A DNA stretch of 64,000 nucleotides, taken from assembly GCA_041645555.1 (NCBI GenBank), contig JBAZPX010000001.1:204731-268730 (forward strand), read 5' to 3'. Both the position numbers and the translations under genes were made by a program. Source of the stretch: Patescibacteria group bacterium (lineage in GTDB: Bacteria; Patescibacteriota; Patescibacteriia; Patescibacteriales; JAQTRU01). The notes under the pieces were generated by a model. That model saw nothing but the letters and a program-made list of their open reading frames with translations. It ran no database searches and had not been told where the DNA came from. Shown piece after piece: positions 34,758 through 44,260 of the stretch. How positions within the stretch are numbered: the stretch's first letter is position 1; every line of letters begins with the position of its first letter.

Positions 34758-34841
34758 TGCCCAGGGAGAGAATCGAACTCTCATGGACTTGCGTCCACAC
34801 GATTTTGAGTCGTGCGCGTCTACCAGTTCCGCCACCAGGGC
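34758..34841 (-). tRNA. tRNA-Leu (anticodon CAA), class II with long variable arm; CCA not encoded
   Basis: Minus strand reads GCCCTGGTGGCGGAACTGGTAGACGCGCACGACTCAAAATCGTGTGGACGCAAGTCCATGAGAGTTCGATTCTCTCCCTGGGCA. T-arm GAGAG-TTCGATT-CTCTC, anticodon loop CTCAAAA, one U-U mismatch in the acceptor stem. Confidence 0.85.
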
Positions 34842-35037
34842 CTTTTGATTTTAGATTTTAGATTTTAGGATTACTCCTCTTTTTAAGCCATTGGAGATGT
34901 GAATAAAAATGGGCTTTAAGCCCTTTCACAATAGTTTGGCTGTTTTCAGTATAATAAAATTAGATTAAATTGTCAAAACGGTGCGGATAAGTTATAATAA
35001 TGGGGTAATACCAAAAAGTTCAAATGGCAAAATCAAA

Positions 35038-35427
35038 ATGACAAATCAAATCCAAATGGCAAATGATAGAATAAATAATAGGATATATGATTTAGAAGAG
35101 AGGACAGCGAGAGTTGGAGAGGATTTGATAGAATTTGCAAAAAAATTAGAAAAGAATTCGATTAATAATCCATTAATTAGCCAAGTAGTCAGATCGGGCA
35201 CGAGTATGGGAGCTAATTATATGGAGGCTGATTGCGCAGATTCTAAGAAAGATTTCATTTATAAAATTTCTTTGTGTAAGAAAGAATCTAAAGAGACTTG
35301 CCATTGGTTAAGGATGATTGCTAAAGCGAATCCAGAATGCCTTAATCAATGTCGGAAATTATGGCAAGAATCCCATGAATTAACTTTAATTTTTTCTAAA
35401 ATAATATTATCCAGTAAAAGTAAATGA
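35038..35427 (+). CDS. Four-helix-bundle protein (23S rRNA intervening-sequence protein family)
   Basis: Family motifs RSGTSMGANYMEA and KDFIYKISLCKKESKETCHWLRMI. The start is uncertain (35038 or 35056) because the 5' end lies in a word array. Confidence 0.75.
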   Translation: MTNQIQMANDRINNRIYDLEERTARVGEDLIEFAKKLEKNSINNPLISQVVRSGTSMGANYMEADCADSKKDFIYKISLCKKESKETCHWLRMIAKANPECLNQCRKLWQESHELTLIFSKIILSSKSK

Positions 35428-35485
35428 TTTTTTAATTTTTTGATTTGGCATTGATTTGACATTAGGATTTTGACATTAATTAAGT

Positions 35486-36250
35486 ATGGGAAAAATTATC
35501 TCTATTGTTAACCAGAAAGGCGGGGTAGGAAAAACTACGACGGCTGTAAATCTGGGCGCTTACTTAGCTTCTTTGGGCAAGCAGGTTTTATTAGTGGATA
35601 TTGACCCGCAGGCCAACGCCACTTCCGGTCTGGGAATTGACCATAAAAATTTAGAAAGCGGAATTTATGAAGCGATTATCGGGGATAAACCAATATTTGA
35701 AATTATAAAAAGAACTTTGCAGGAGGGGTATAAAATCGCGCCTTCAACTCTGGCTTTGGCCGGAGCCGGCGTGGAGCTGGTTAATATGGAAAATCGGGAA
35801 TACCGGCTATCAAGAATTTTGGAACACATAAAGGATGAATATGATTATATTATAATTGACGGACCGCCTTCTTTAGGACTGCTCACTATAAATAGTTTAG
35901 TGGCGGCGGATGAAATTTTAATTCCGATTCAGAGCGAATATTACGCCTTAGAAGGCGTGGGGCAACTGCTGGAAACCATTGGCTTAGTCCAAAATAACCT
36001 AAAGCCGGAGCTGGGGATTATGGGAGCGGTAATTACTATGTATGACGGAAGAAACCGTTTGTCTTCTTCGGTTATGCATGAATTATACCAATATTTTCCT
36101 AACCGCGTTTTCCGCTCGGTAATTCCCCGAAGCGTGAAATTAGCCGAAGCTCCAAGCTATGGCCGTTCAATCCTTCATTACGACTCGGGGTCGCGGGGCG
36201 GGAAAGCGTATGAGAGACTGGCTAGGGAAGTAATAGACCTGGAAAGATAA
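35486..36250 (+). CDS. parA: Chromosome partitioning ATPase ParA/Soj
   Basis: Deviant Walker A NQKGGVGKTTTAVNLG. Followed by parB. Confidence 0.9.
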   Translation: MGKIISIVNQKGGVGKTTTAVNLGAYLASLGKQVLLVDIDPQANATSGLGIDHKNLESGIYEAIIGDKPIFEIIKRTLQEGYKIAPSTLALAGAGVELVNMENREYRLSRILEHIKDEYDYIIIDGPPSLGLLTINSLVAADEILIPIQSEYYALEGVGQLLETIGLVQNNLKPELGIMGAVITMYDGRNRLSSSVMHELYQYFPNRVFRSVIPRSVKLAEAPSYGRSILHYDSGSRGGKAYERLAREVIDLER

Positions 36251-36262
36251 AATGTAGTATTT

Positions 36263-36340
36263 GGGATTTTTAGGATTTTTACGATTCTTGAGATTCTTAA
36301 GATCCTAATAATCCCAAGAATCCTAAGAATCACAATAATC
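36263..36340. repeat. Intergenic period-9 word palindrome (gattcttRa / aatcctaag)
   Basis: gggatttttaggatttttacgattcttgagattcttaagatcc faces aatcccaagaatcctaagaatcacaataatc. Confidence 0.85.
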
Positions 36341-36360
36341 TTATTTTAACATTTTAAATT

Positions 36361-37242
36361 ATGTCTAACGGACTTGGTCGGGGGCTTGGCTCCCTTATAC
36401 CGCAGAAAATAAAAAAGATAGACGCTTTGCCCGAAGAGGGCTTAAGCGTGGTTGATGTTACTTCCGAAGACGACCGGGGAAAGGTGCTGGAGGTGGAGCC
36501 GGATAAAATTAAAGTTAATCCCATGCAGCCGCGGAGCCAATTCAGCGATTTTAATATGGATGAATTAGTTGAATCAATAAAAGAATACGGAATTATCCAG
36601 CCTTTAATAGTTACCAGAGCTGGCGGCGATAGCTACGAACTGATTGCCGGGGAAAGGCGTTTGCGGGCGGCCAAACAGGTGGGTTTAAAAAAAGTTCCGG
36701 TGATTGTCCGCGATGCTAATAGTCAGAGAAAATTAGAAATGGCTTTAGTAGAAAATTTGCAGAGAGAAGATTTAAATCCGATTGAAGCGGCTTTGGCTTA
36801 TAAAAAATTAGCGGATGAATTTAACCTGACGCAGGAAGAAGTAGCCAAAAGAGTAGGCAAGTCCAGGTCGGCCATAAGCAATTGCCTGCGTTTTCTTAAT
36901 TTGCCGGAAGAAATTCAACAGGCCTTAGTTGAGGGGAGAATTAGCGAGGGACATGCTAAATATTTAATCGGCCTTGACTCCGAAGCTAAGCAGATGGCTT
37001 TGTTTAAGAAAATTCTTCGCCATAACCTTACCGTGAGCGATACGGACAAAGAAGCTAAAAGAATGGGTGGGACTAAGCAGGCCCGGGTTAAAATTGATTA
37101 TGCGGATAAAGACAGGGAATTTTCTTTGCGGGAGTTTTTCGGCGCAAAGGCGGAGATTAAGCGCAAAGGAAAGGGCGGGCTGGTCGTTGTTAGTTTTTTT
37201 AGCGATGAGGAGCTAGAGAATATAATGGGAAAAATAAAATAA
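36361..37242 (+). CDS. parB: Chromosome partitioning protein ParB/Spo0J
   Basis: ParB box GERRLRAAK and HTH LTQEEVAKRVGKSRSAISNCLR. Confidence 0.9.
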   Translation: MSNGLGRGLGSLIPQKIKKIDALPEEGLSVVDVTSEDDRGKVLEVEPDKIKVNPMQPRSQFSDFNMDELVESIKEYGIIQPLIVTRAGGDSYELIAGERRLRAAKQVGLKKVPVIVRDANSQRKLEMALVENLQREDLNPIEAALAYKKLADEFNLTQEEVAKRVGKSRSAISNCLRFLNLPEEIQQALVEGRISEGHAKYLIGLDSEAKQMALFKKILRHNLTVSDTDKEAKRMGGTKQARVKIDYADKDREFSLREFFGAKAEIKRKGKGGLVVVSFFSDEELENIMGKIK

Positions 37243-37332
37243 TATAAAAACAAAATAATAAGATAATATAAAAAGAGCCGTCTGTTAAGGCGGTTTTCTT
37301 TTAGGAAGTTAAAAGTTTATAAAGTTAAATTG

Positions 37333-37418
37333 TGGGATCTTTAGGATTCTTACGATTTTTGGGATTCTTGGGATTTTTTAAAAACTCTATCTTAAGAATC
37401 CTAAGAATCTCAAGAATC
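37333..37418. repeat. Intergenic period-9 word palindrome (same word family as 36263-36340)
   Basis: gggatctttaggattcttacgatttttgggattcttgggatt faces cttaagaatcctaagaatctcaagaatcc. Confidence 0.85.
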
Positions 37419-37476
37419 CATAGGGAGAAAAGCGTTAGGTGTTATACGTTATGCGAAGGTATGTTATAATATAGGC

Positions 37477-38643
37477 ATGCAAAAAAATAAAGAAAAAACA
37501 AAGCGCATCGGCATTGACGCCCGCTTTTATGGTCCGATTGGCAAAGGTTTAGGCCGGTATACTAAAGAAGTTGTGGATAAGGTAGTGGCTTTAGACAGAG
37601 AGAATGAATATGTAATTTTTTTAAGCAATGAAAATTTTAGTGAGTTTGTTTCTGGCAATCCGAAAGTGAAAAAGGTTTTGGCCGATGTGCATTGGTATAC
37701 TTTAGCCGAGCAAATCATTATGCCTTATTTAATTTGGCGGGCGCATTTGGATTTAATGCATTTTCCCCATTTTAACGTGCCGGTCCTGACGCCGGTTAAA
37801 TTTGTCGTTACTATCCATGATTTAATTTTAACGAAATTTCCCACCGTTCGGGCTACGACTTTAAGCCCGCTTTTTTATAAAATAAAAAACCGGATTTATC
37901 GGATGGTTATTTGGCTGGCAATAAAGAGAGCTAAAACCGTCATTGCCGTATCGCAATTTACTAAAGATGATATTGCCGGGCAGTTTAAGATCAAGCCGGA
38001 AAAAGTGGTTGTTACCCACGAAGGAGTTTCCAGTTTGCTTAATAGAAAGTCAGATGATTTTCCCCATGACAAAGAAACGCCTTTAGGTTATAATATAGGC
38101 AGCCCCTTCTTACTTTACGTGGGCAATGCTTATCCTCATAAGAATTTAGAAGGGTTGGTTAAGGTTTTTTCTGTTATCCATGGGAAAAGGTCTGATTTGA
38201 GTTTAATTTTAGTCGGCAGACAGGATTATTTTTATAAGCGGGTCAAAGAGTTTACGGAAAAATATTGGGGTGAAAAAAGTCCGGTGGTTTTTCCCGGCTT
38301 TGTGCCTGATAGGAATCTGAAGCTTTTATATGGCCAGGCCTTGGCTTATGTGTTTCCTTCGTTTTATGAAGGTTTTGGCCTGCCACCCTTAGAAGCGATG
38401 GCTTGCGGCTGCCCGGTGGCAAGCTCTAATAAATCCAGCTTGCCGGAAATTTTAGGAGAAGCGGCAATTTATTTTAATCCGGAAGATGAGAAAGAAATGA
38501 CGAGGCAGATTGAGAAGATTGTAGGGGATGAAAATCTGCGGCAGGAATTGACAAAAAAAGGTTATGAACAAGTAAAAAAATATAGCTGGGAGAAATGCGC
38601 GAAGGAGACTTTAGAAGTTTATAGAGAAGTTTTTAAGAAGTGA
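37477..38643 (+). CDS. Glycosyltransferase family 4 (GT-B, GT1 clan)
   Basis: EGFGLPPLEAMACGCPV motif. TGTTATAAT extended -10 ends only 6 nt before the ATG. Confidence 0.85.
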   Translation: MQKNKEKTKRIGIDARFYGPIGKGLGRYTKEVVDKVVALDRENEYVIFLSNENFSEFVSGNPKVKKVLADVHWYTLAEQIIMPYLIWRAHLDLMHFPHFNVPVLTPVKFVVTIHDLILTKFPTVRATTLSPLFYKIKNRIYRMVIWLAIKRAKTVIAVSQFTKDDIAGQFKIKPEKVVVTHEGVSSLLNRKSDDFPHDKETPLGYNIGSPFLLYVGNAYPHKNLEGLVKVFSVIHGKRSDLSLILVGRQDYFYKRVKEFTEKYWGEKSPVVFPGFVPDRNLKLLYGQALAYVFPSFYEGFGLPPLEAMACGCPVASSNKSSLPEILGEAAIYFNPEDEKEMTRQIEKIVGDENLRQELTKKGYEQVKKYSWEKCAKETLEVYREVFKK

Positions 38644-38722
38644 GAGCAAGGCCCTTGATGAAATTTTTGCCGGAAGCATTTGCCGCCATGAGGGAAGCGG
38701 CGAAAACTTTAATCATTTTATT

Positions 38723-40126
38723 ATGAATACTCAAGAAGCTTGGGGAAAACAGCAAGAGATAATTGAATATTACAAAAAAAATGACCCAGGGATTCTTGAG
38801 CGCAAAAAAGGCTGGTTAGAAGATAAAATATTTAGCGAGATAGGTATAGAAAATATGCCAGACAATAGACCGGCTGGTTATTTACGACTTTTTCTCCAGG
38901 ATTTTATTGTTGAGGAAAAAATAAAGGATAAAATAATCAGAATTAATGAGCTTAATAGTATAAATAGTAAGCAAACAGTTACTGAAAAAGAAAAAACTTT
39001 ATATGCTCATTTAGTTAAAATAGGTATTCCGACCAATGTGGCCGTAGAAAGAATTTCGGAATCTTTAAATTATGAAAAGAAAAAAATTGGATTTGCGGGC
39101 CTAAAAGATGCGGATGCTATTACCGCTCAGCTAATAGCCATGCCGAGAATTAAAATGTCCGTTAATGAGATCGAGAAGATTAAAATCCAGAATGTTTTAC
39201 TGACTAATTTCCATTATGCTCCCGGCTCATTAAACCCCGGTGATTTAGACAGGAATGTTTTTACCATAACTATTCGGGCTAAAGAGAAAATAGATGAACA
39301 AAATTTTAGTATAAAATTGAAAAATATTGAAAAGTATGGAATCTTAAATTATTTTCAATCACAGAGATTCGGAGGTTTAAGATTAATTAGCCACAAGCTT
39401 GGCAAATTGATTTTACAAGGTAATTATGAGTCGGCAGTTAAATATTTTCTTTTAAAATCCAATGAATATGACATACCCTTGGTGGCTGAATTAAGAAAGA
39501 GCGCGGAGGAAAAATACCCGGGTTGGGGGAAGATGATGGAAATATACGAAAAATTTCCTTATTCATTTTTTAACGAGTTGAAGGCATTAGAATATTTAAA
39601 AAATAATCCTAATAATTTTATCGGCGCCTTGATTGAAATAAATGACCAGACGAAGTTATGGGTTTTTGCTTATTCAAGCTGGCTTTTTAACAAGTTTCTT
39701 TCTGATTATTCAAAAATTAACGGCTGCGTTAAGGAAGAGTTTCCCATATTATTTAGCAGTAATCCGGAGGACTATAAGAGCTTTAAGAAATATCTAATTG
39801 AAGATGGAACATTAGATTTTGCAAAAAATTTATATCCGTTTAAGTTTATTCAGTTAAAGAAACGTTTAATATCAGGGAGAATATTCCCCGAGGATATAAA
39901 CTACAAAATATTTAATGGCGGAGCAGTAATAAATTTTTCTTTGCCAAAAGCCTGCTACGCCACTACGTTTCTGTCTAATTTATTTGAGCTTACGGTCGGA
40001 TTGCCTATCCCGGAATGGGTTAATACCGAAGAAATAGACCCAAAGGAAATAATCGGGCAGGGGAGTATTGCGGAAGTAAAAGAAAAGTTTAAGGATTGTT
40101 GGTATTCGAAATTAGACCAATTATAA
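38723..40126 (+). CDS. truD: tRNA pseudouridine(13) synthase TruD
   Basis: Catalytic motif FAGLKDADAITAQ, plus NYFQSQRFG and C-terminal FSLPKACYATTFL blocks that align with E. coli TruD. Confidence 0.85.
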   Translation: MNTQEAWGKQQEIIEYYKKNDPGILERKKGWLEDKIFSEIGIENMPDNRPAGYLRLFLQDFIVEEKIKDKIIRINELNSINSKQTVTEKEKTLYAHLVKIGIPTNVAVERISESLNYEKKKIGFAGLKDADAITAQLIAMPRIKMSVNEIEKIKIQNVLLTNFHYAPGSLNPGDLDRNVFTITIRAKEKIDEQNFSIKLKNIEKYGILNYFQSQRFGGLRLISHKLGKLILQGNYESAVKYFLLKSNEYDIPLVAELRKSAEEKYPGWGKMMEIYEKFPYSFFNELKALEYLKNNPNNFIGALIEINDQTKLWVFAYSSWLFNKFLSDYSKINGCVKEEFPILFSSNPEDYKSFKKYLIEDGTLDFAKNLYPFKFIQLKKRLISGRIFPEDINYKIFNGGAVINFSLPKACYATTFLSNLFELTVGLPIPEWVNTEEIDPKEIIGQGSIAEVKEKFKDCWYSKLDQL

Positions 40127-40228
40127 TAATATTCTAATATAATAATATTATAAAAAAAGAACACCCCGGGGTAGACTTTTAGCATGTAGTTTCCACGCTA
40201 TTGTCCGCCCAGGGGTGTGTGGTCGGTT

Positions 40229-40810
40229 TTAAACTAACCGATATGTATTCCCGTCGATGCCGAGTTCCGCCGTTGTCTTCGTCGGTTTCGGCTGGTACGG
40301 CCCGGTGAGATTCACCGTATCAAGCCGGAACTGGCCCGGTCCGTCTTGCTTGTAACGCAGATTGCACCAGACCGAACAGTCTGCGAAACAGTAGTTGGCG
40401 AGAAGGTCTTTCACGGCCGGAGGGATGGGAAGCGCGTCGCCTTCCGCGCTGAACTGGAAAGTTTGAACCGGCTTGCTCTTGCCCTCCATTTTTTGGTAAA
40501 AACAGCCGGTGTATTTCAGTCCGAGTGCCTGCAACTCGGCGACCAGGTTGGTGATCCGTACGCCGGTTTTTTTCTGAAACAGGCAATAACCGGTGTCTGC
40601 CTTCCGCCGGTAGGCACCCGGGTTGAGACCCCTTCTGGTTGCTTCAGCGGTGTGGGCTGTTTCAATCCTGGTATCATCACGTTTTTTCTCTTCCACTCCG
40701 AGGACCGGGCCAATGCCCAGTACCTTGACCAGGACGATTGTCCGTGGTTTGGTGAAAACCGGCTGACGTTTCTTGGCTTCCCCTGTCGGTGCTTTAATTT
40801 CTTCTCTCAT
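40229..40810 (-). CDS. Hypothetical protein (193 aa), GC-rich, unknown function
   Basis: GGAGGAAG RBS 3 nt before the ATG. The codon composition differs clearly from neighbouring genes. No motif recognised. Confidence 0.6.
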   Translation of the reverse strand: MREEIKAPTGEAKKRQPVFTKPRTIVLVKVLGIGPVLGVEEKKRDDTRIETAHTAEATRRGLNPGAYRRKADTGYCLFQKKTGVRITNLVAELQALGLKYTGCFYQKMEGKSKPVQTFQFSAEGDALPIPPAVKDLLANYCFADCSVWCNLRYKQDGPGQFRLDTVNLTGPYQPKPTKTTAELGIDGNTYRLV

Positions 40811-40982
40811 GACTTCCTCCGATGTGTGTGGTGTTGCGGTTTGGAACGAGGATTATTTATGTGTCTCAGATAATGTTTCCAATCCATGAAAAGAACGTAA
40901 CATTACATAATATCACATTTTATAATTATTGTCAATAGTTTTATATAAAAAGTAGTATTTTTAGCTAATATTGGGTAAATTA

Positions 40983-43835
40983 ATGAAGAGTGATGATAAA
41001 AAACTAAATATTTTGTCAGTCAGAAAGGAAGAAAGGTCTTCTCGTTTTGTCATTGATTTAAAAAAGGCGGCAGAAGAGGAAGAGGCGGGGAATAAAAAGA
41101 AAGCTGATAATTATGGCCGAGGCGATTTTTTTGACAGACTGGCGGAGTTTGATTTTAAAGAATTCTTCTCAAGAGGCGGTAGCCTGAAAAAAGAATTTTC
41201 TGAATTTTTTAAAAATTATCGCGGGGATAAAACCAATATTGCCAAAGGAGCCGTTAAATTATTAGCCGCCAGCAAAGTACCGCTGGGAGCGAAAGAACCT
41301 TTTATCTTCGGCTCGAAACTGGCGATTGAATGGCTTGATATTTATAGCGGGAAACTAAAAGATCTGGCTTTTTTCAGCTTAATTAAATTTGTCTTCGTTA
41401 TTTTCTTTAAGATAGCCGGCTGGCTTTATAAATTTTGCTATAGAGTCGGCTGGCTGGCTTTATTTCTAATTCGGTTTTTATGGTTAGTTCTTTATGAACT
41501 TATCGGTTTGGTTTTTTCAGCTATCTACAAATTTTATTCAGGAGTTAAATTTATCAGCCAATTTTTGTATGTGAATTTTAGGGATTTTATCCAGGAGATT
41601 TTTGGGATAATAAAAAGATTTATTTTTTTATTGTCAAAAGAATTAAAAATAGGATGGGGTCAATCGTCGGTGAAGGCTAAAAATGTAGTGGAAACCATAA
41701 AGAGAGAAAAAGCGGCAATTAGCCAGCGGCTAGAAGATAGTTATGAGGAGAAGAAGGCAGAGATATTAGTAAACCCCGTTAGAAAAATACAATTTTCTAA
41801 CGGGGTAAAACCAAGGTTGACTTGGCGGCGTTCGGTTTTGGGTTTTGCTTTGGTTTTATTGATCTTAGTTTTGCCTTTTAAAATTTTTGCTTATTATAAA
41901 TCACTTGATTTAGAAAAATTGAAAGGCAAGATACTCGGCGCGTCTGAAGCCGCCCTGGGCGACTTGTCCACGGCTTCGCAATCAGCCACCCGACTTAATT
42001 TCGGCGAGGCGAGCGATAATTTCTCCAAAGCTGGTGAAAATTTTTTAGAGGCGCAAAAGCAGGTATCGGAAATAAATGATGTATTTTTTTCCTTAGCTTC
42101 CCTGGCGCCCGGAGGGGAAATAAAACTGGCGGGAGAGGGCAAGAAAATTTTAGCTGCCGGACAGGTCGCCTCAAGTTTGGGTGAAAATTTAAGTTTGGCG
42201 ATGCAAAGTTTATTTGAAAATAATGGTAGGGATATCCCAGAGATGATAAACAGCTTTACTCAGTATGGGAAAATAACCGCCGGCGAAGCCGCTGATTTAA
42301 ATAATAAATTGGAAGAAATTGATATTAATGCCTTGCCTGACGAATATAAAGATAAGTTTTTATTTTTGCAGGAAAAAACAGAAGTTTTAGAAAAGGGATT
42401 GGCTGAGTTTATTGGTTTAATGGACAAGTTGGGAACCTTTTTGGGGACTAATCAGGATAAGCGGTATTTATTGGTTTTCCAGAATAATGCGGAAATGAGG
42501 GCGAGCGGAGGATTTATCGGCAGTTTTGCTTTAGTAGACATGGCCGGCGGGAAAATAAAAAATATAGAAGCGCCGGGCGGAGGGAGTTATGATACCGAGG
42601 GGGGCTTAAGGGAATTAGTGGCGGCGCCTGAACCTTTGCATTTAGTTAATCCTTTGTGGCATTTTTGGGACGCTAATTGGTGGCCGGATTGGCCGACTTC
42701 GGCTAAAAAGTTAATGTGGTTTTACGAAAGAAGCGACGGGCCGACGGTAGACGGAGTTATCAGCTTTACCCCGACGGTTTTAGAAAAACTTCTGGCCATA
42801 ACCGGCCCGATTGATATGACCAAGGATTACGGCGTGACTTTAACCGCGGAAAATTTTTGGCTAACTACGCAAAAGATCGTTGAAGAAAAACCTAACCCCG
42901 AGGAAGCCGATAAGCCGAAAAAAATTATCGGGGATTTGCTGGATAAAATCATTGAAGATCTGCCGGCGAAATTAGATAAAGAAAAATTAATTAAGATTTT
43001 GGCTCTTGCCGAAGAAAGTTTAAGCGAAAAGCAAATTTTATTTTATTTTACTGACGAAGAGCTGCAAAAAGAAATAGAGAAGCGGGGCTGGGACGGAAAA
43101 ATAAGGGAGGCGGGCAGGGATTATCTGTCAGTGGTTAATACTAATATTGCCGGCGGTAAAAGCGACAAACGAATAAAAGAGAAGATAAATTTGGTGTCAG
43201 AAGTTATGCCCAATGGCTCTGTCATCAATACTTTAAAAATAGAAAGGAGCCATGAAGGAATAAAGAATGAGCCGTTTGCCGGCGTGAGAAATGTGGATTG
43301 GCTAAGAGTTTATGTGCCTTCGGGGAGCGAACTTCTGGAGGCGCAAGGATTCAACCAGCCGGATGAAATTTATTTTGAAGAACCGGAAGATGGATGGACA
43401 AAAGACCCCCTAGTTTATCAAGAAGAAACAACCGCCAAAGTTCATGAAGCGAGCAAGACAAAAATATATAATGAAAGCGACAAGACCGTTTTTGCCAACT
43501 GGTCAATGGTTGACCCGGGGAAAACCGCGACAATTTATTTAAAATACAAACTACCCTTTACTTTAAAAGAGGAAGAAAAGGGAGATGGTTTTATTGATAA
43601 AATAAAAGTGCTTCTTAATCCTGACCAGAAAGAGCTTATGCCCTATACTTTGTTCGCGCAAAAACAAGCCGGCTCTTTAGGAAGTGAAATTAACACCAGT
43701 TTAAAACTGCCTGATAATTTTAAAATAGTCTGGAAATATCCGGCCGGCTTGTCTTTAGCGCCTGGCGGCTGGCAGATAAGTGATAAATTAAATACGGATA
43801 AATATTGGGCGGTGATGTTAGAAAAACAGGACTAG
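40983..43835 (+). CDS. DUF4012 domain-containing membrane protein
   Basis: Diagnostic block RYLLVFQNNAEMRASGGFIGSFALVD, with N-terminal TM helices. The ATG at 40983 is preferred over the TTG at 40971. Confidence 0.8.
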   Translation: MKSDDKKLNILSVRKEERSSRFVIDLKKAAEEEEAGNKKKADNYGRGDFFDRLAEFDFKEFFSRGGSLKKEFSEFFKNYRGDKTNIAKGAVKLLAASKVPLGAKEPFIFGSKLAIEWLDIYSGKLKDLAFFSLIKFVFVIFFKIAGWLYKFCYRVGWLALFLIRFLWLVLYELIGLVFSAIYKFYSGVKFISQFLYVNFRDFIQEIFGIIKRFIFLLSKELKIGWGQSSVKAKNVVETIKREKAAISQRLEDSYEEKKAEILVNPVRKIQFSNGVKPRLTWRRSVLGFALVLLILVLPFKIFAYYKSLDLEKLKGKILGASEAALGDLSTASQSATRLNFGEASDNFSKAGENFLEAQKQVSEINDVFFSLASLAPGGEIKLAGEGKKILAAGQVASSLGENLSLAMQSLFENNGRDIPEMINSFTQYGKITAGEAADLNNKLEEIDINALPDEYKDKFLFLQEKTEVLEKGLAEFIGLMDKLGTFLGTNQDKRYLLVFQNNAEMRASGGFIGSFALVDMAGGKIKNIEAPGGGSYDTEGGLRELVAAPEPLHLVNPLWHFWDANWWPDWPTSAKKLMWFYERSDGPTVDGVISFTPTVLEKLLAITGPIDMTKDYGVTLTAENFWLTTQKIVEEKPNPEEADKPKKIIGDLLDKIIEDLPAKLDKEKLIKILALAEESLSEKQILFYFTDEELQKEIEKRGWDGKIREAGRDYLSVVNTNIAGGKSDKRIKEKINLVSEVMPNGSVINTLKIERSHEGIKNEPFAGVRNVDWLRVYVPSGSELLEAQGFNQPDEIYFEEPEDGWTKDPLVYQEETTAKVHEASKTKIYNESDKTVFANWSMVDPGKTATIYLKYKLPFTLKEEEKGDGFIDKIKVLLNPDQKELMPYTLFAQKQAGSLGSEINTSLKLPDNFKIVWKYPAGLSLAPGGWQISDKLNTDKYWAVMLEKQD

Positions 43836-43848
43836 AAAATTTTTTTCT

Positions 43849-44250
43849 GTCATTGCGAGTCCCGAAGCCTCGGGACGAAGCAATCTCTGGTTAAATAGAA
43901 AAACATGTTAAACGAACGATACTATTTTGTTTATATAAACACCAATAAAACCCACAACGTTTTTTATACCGGAGTGACCAATAATTTATTAAATAGGAAT
44001 TACCAGCATAAGAGCAAAGAGAATAAATTAAATTTCACAGCCAAATATAAGGTAAATAAATTAGTCTATTGCGAGACGTTTTCCGATATCCGTGATGCCA
44101 TTGCCAGAGAAAAGCAAATCAAAGGTGGTTCCAGAAAAGATAAAATCAACCTTATAATTAAATTAAACCCGGAGTGGAAAGATTTAAGCTTGGATATGTA
44201 AAACCAGAGATTGCTTCGTCTCCCGCCTCGGCGGGATCCTCGCAATGACA
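43849..44250 (+). mobile_element. IR-bounded element carrying a GIY-YIG nuclease gene
   Basis: The left arm tgtcattgcgag...cgaagcaatctctggtt is the reverse complement of the right arm aaccagagattgcttcg...ctcgcaatgaca. The ORF stop abuts the right arm. Confidence 0.75.
43905..44201 (+). CDS. GIY-YIG nuclease family protein (98 aa)
   Basis: YFVYINTNKTHNVFYTGVTNNLLNRNYQHK matches the GIY-(X)n-YIG pattern, with REKQIKGGSRKDK at the C-terminus. Confidence 0.85.
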   Translation: MLNERYYFVYINTNKTHNVFYTGVTNNLLNRNYQHKSKENKLNFTAKYKVNKLVYCETFSDIRDAIAREKQIKGGSRKDKINLIIKLNPEWKDLSLDM

Positions 44251-44260
44251 AGGGAAAATA

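Noticed and set aside
34626-34880. tRNA-Leu-adjacent pur island, considered as an integrase-mediated genomic island or prophage
   Set aside because: There is no integrase or phage gene, and I could not find a direct repeat of the tRNA 3' end at the distal boundary (30576-30862). I kept only the weaker claim of compositional and strand anomaly.
37462-37479. TGTTATAAT ending 6 nt before the ATG of the GT4 gene, considered as evidence for a leaderless mRNA
   Set aside because: It is plausible, but it rests on a single -10-like hexamer in AT-rich DNA with no good -35. It needs transcription-start-site mapping, so I did not report it as a finding.
38657-38725. 22-aa ORF (MKFLPEAFAAMREAAKTLIILL) overlapping the truD start codon, considered as a leader peptide or a remnant of a peptidase gene
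   Set aside because: It is too short, has no RBS, and the resemblance to any family is only impressionistic. I could not support it from the sequence alone.
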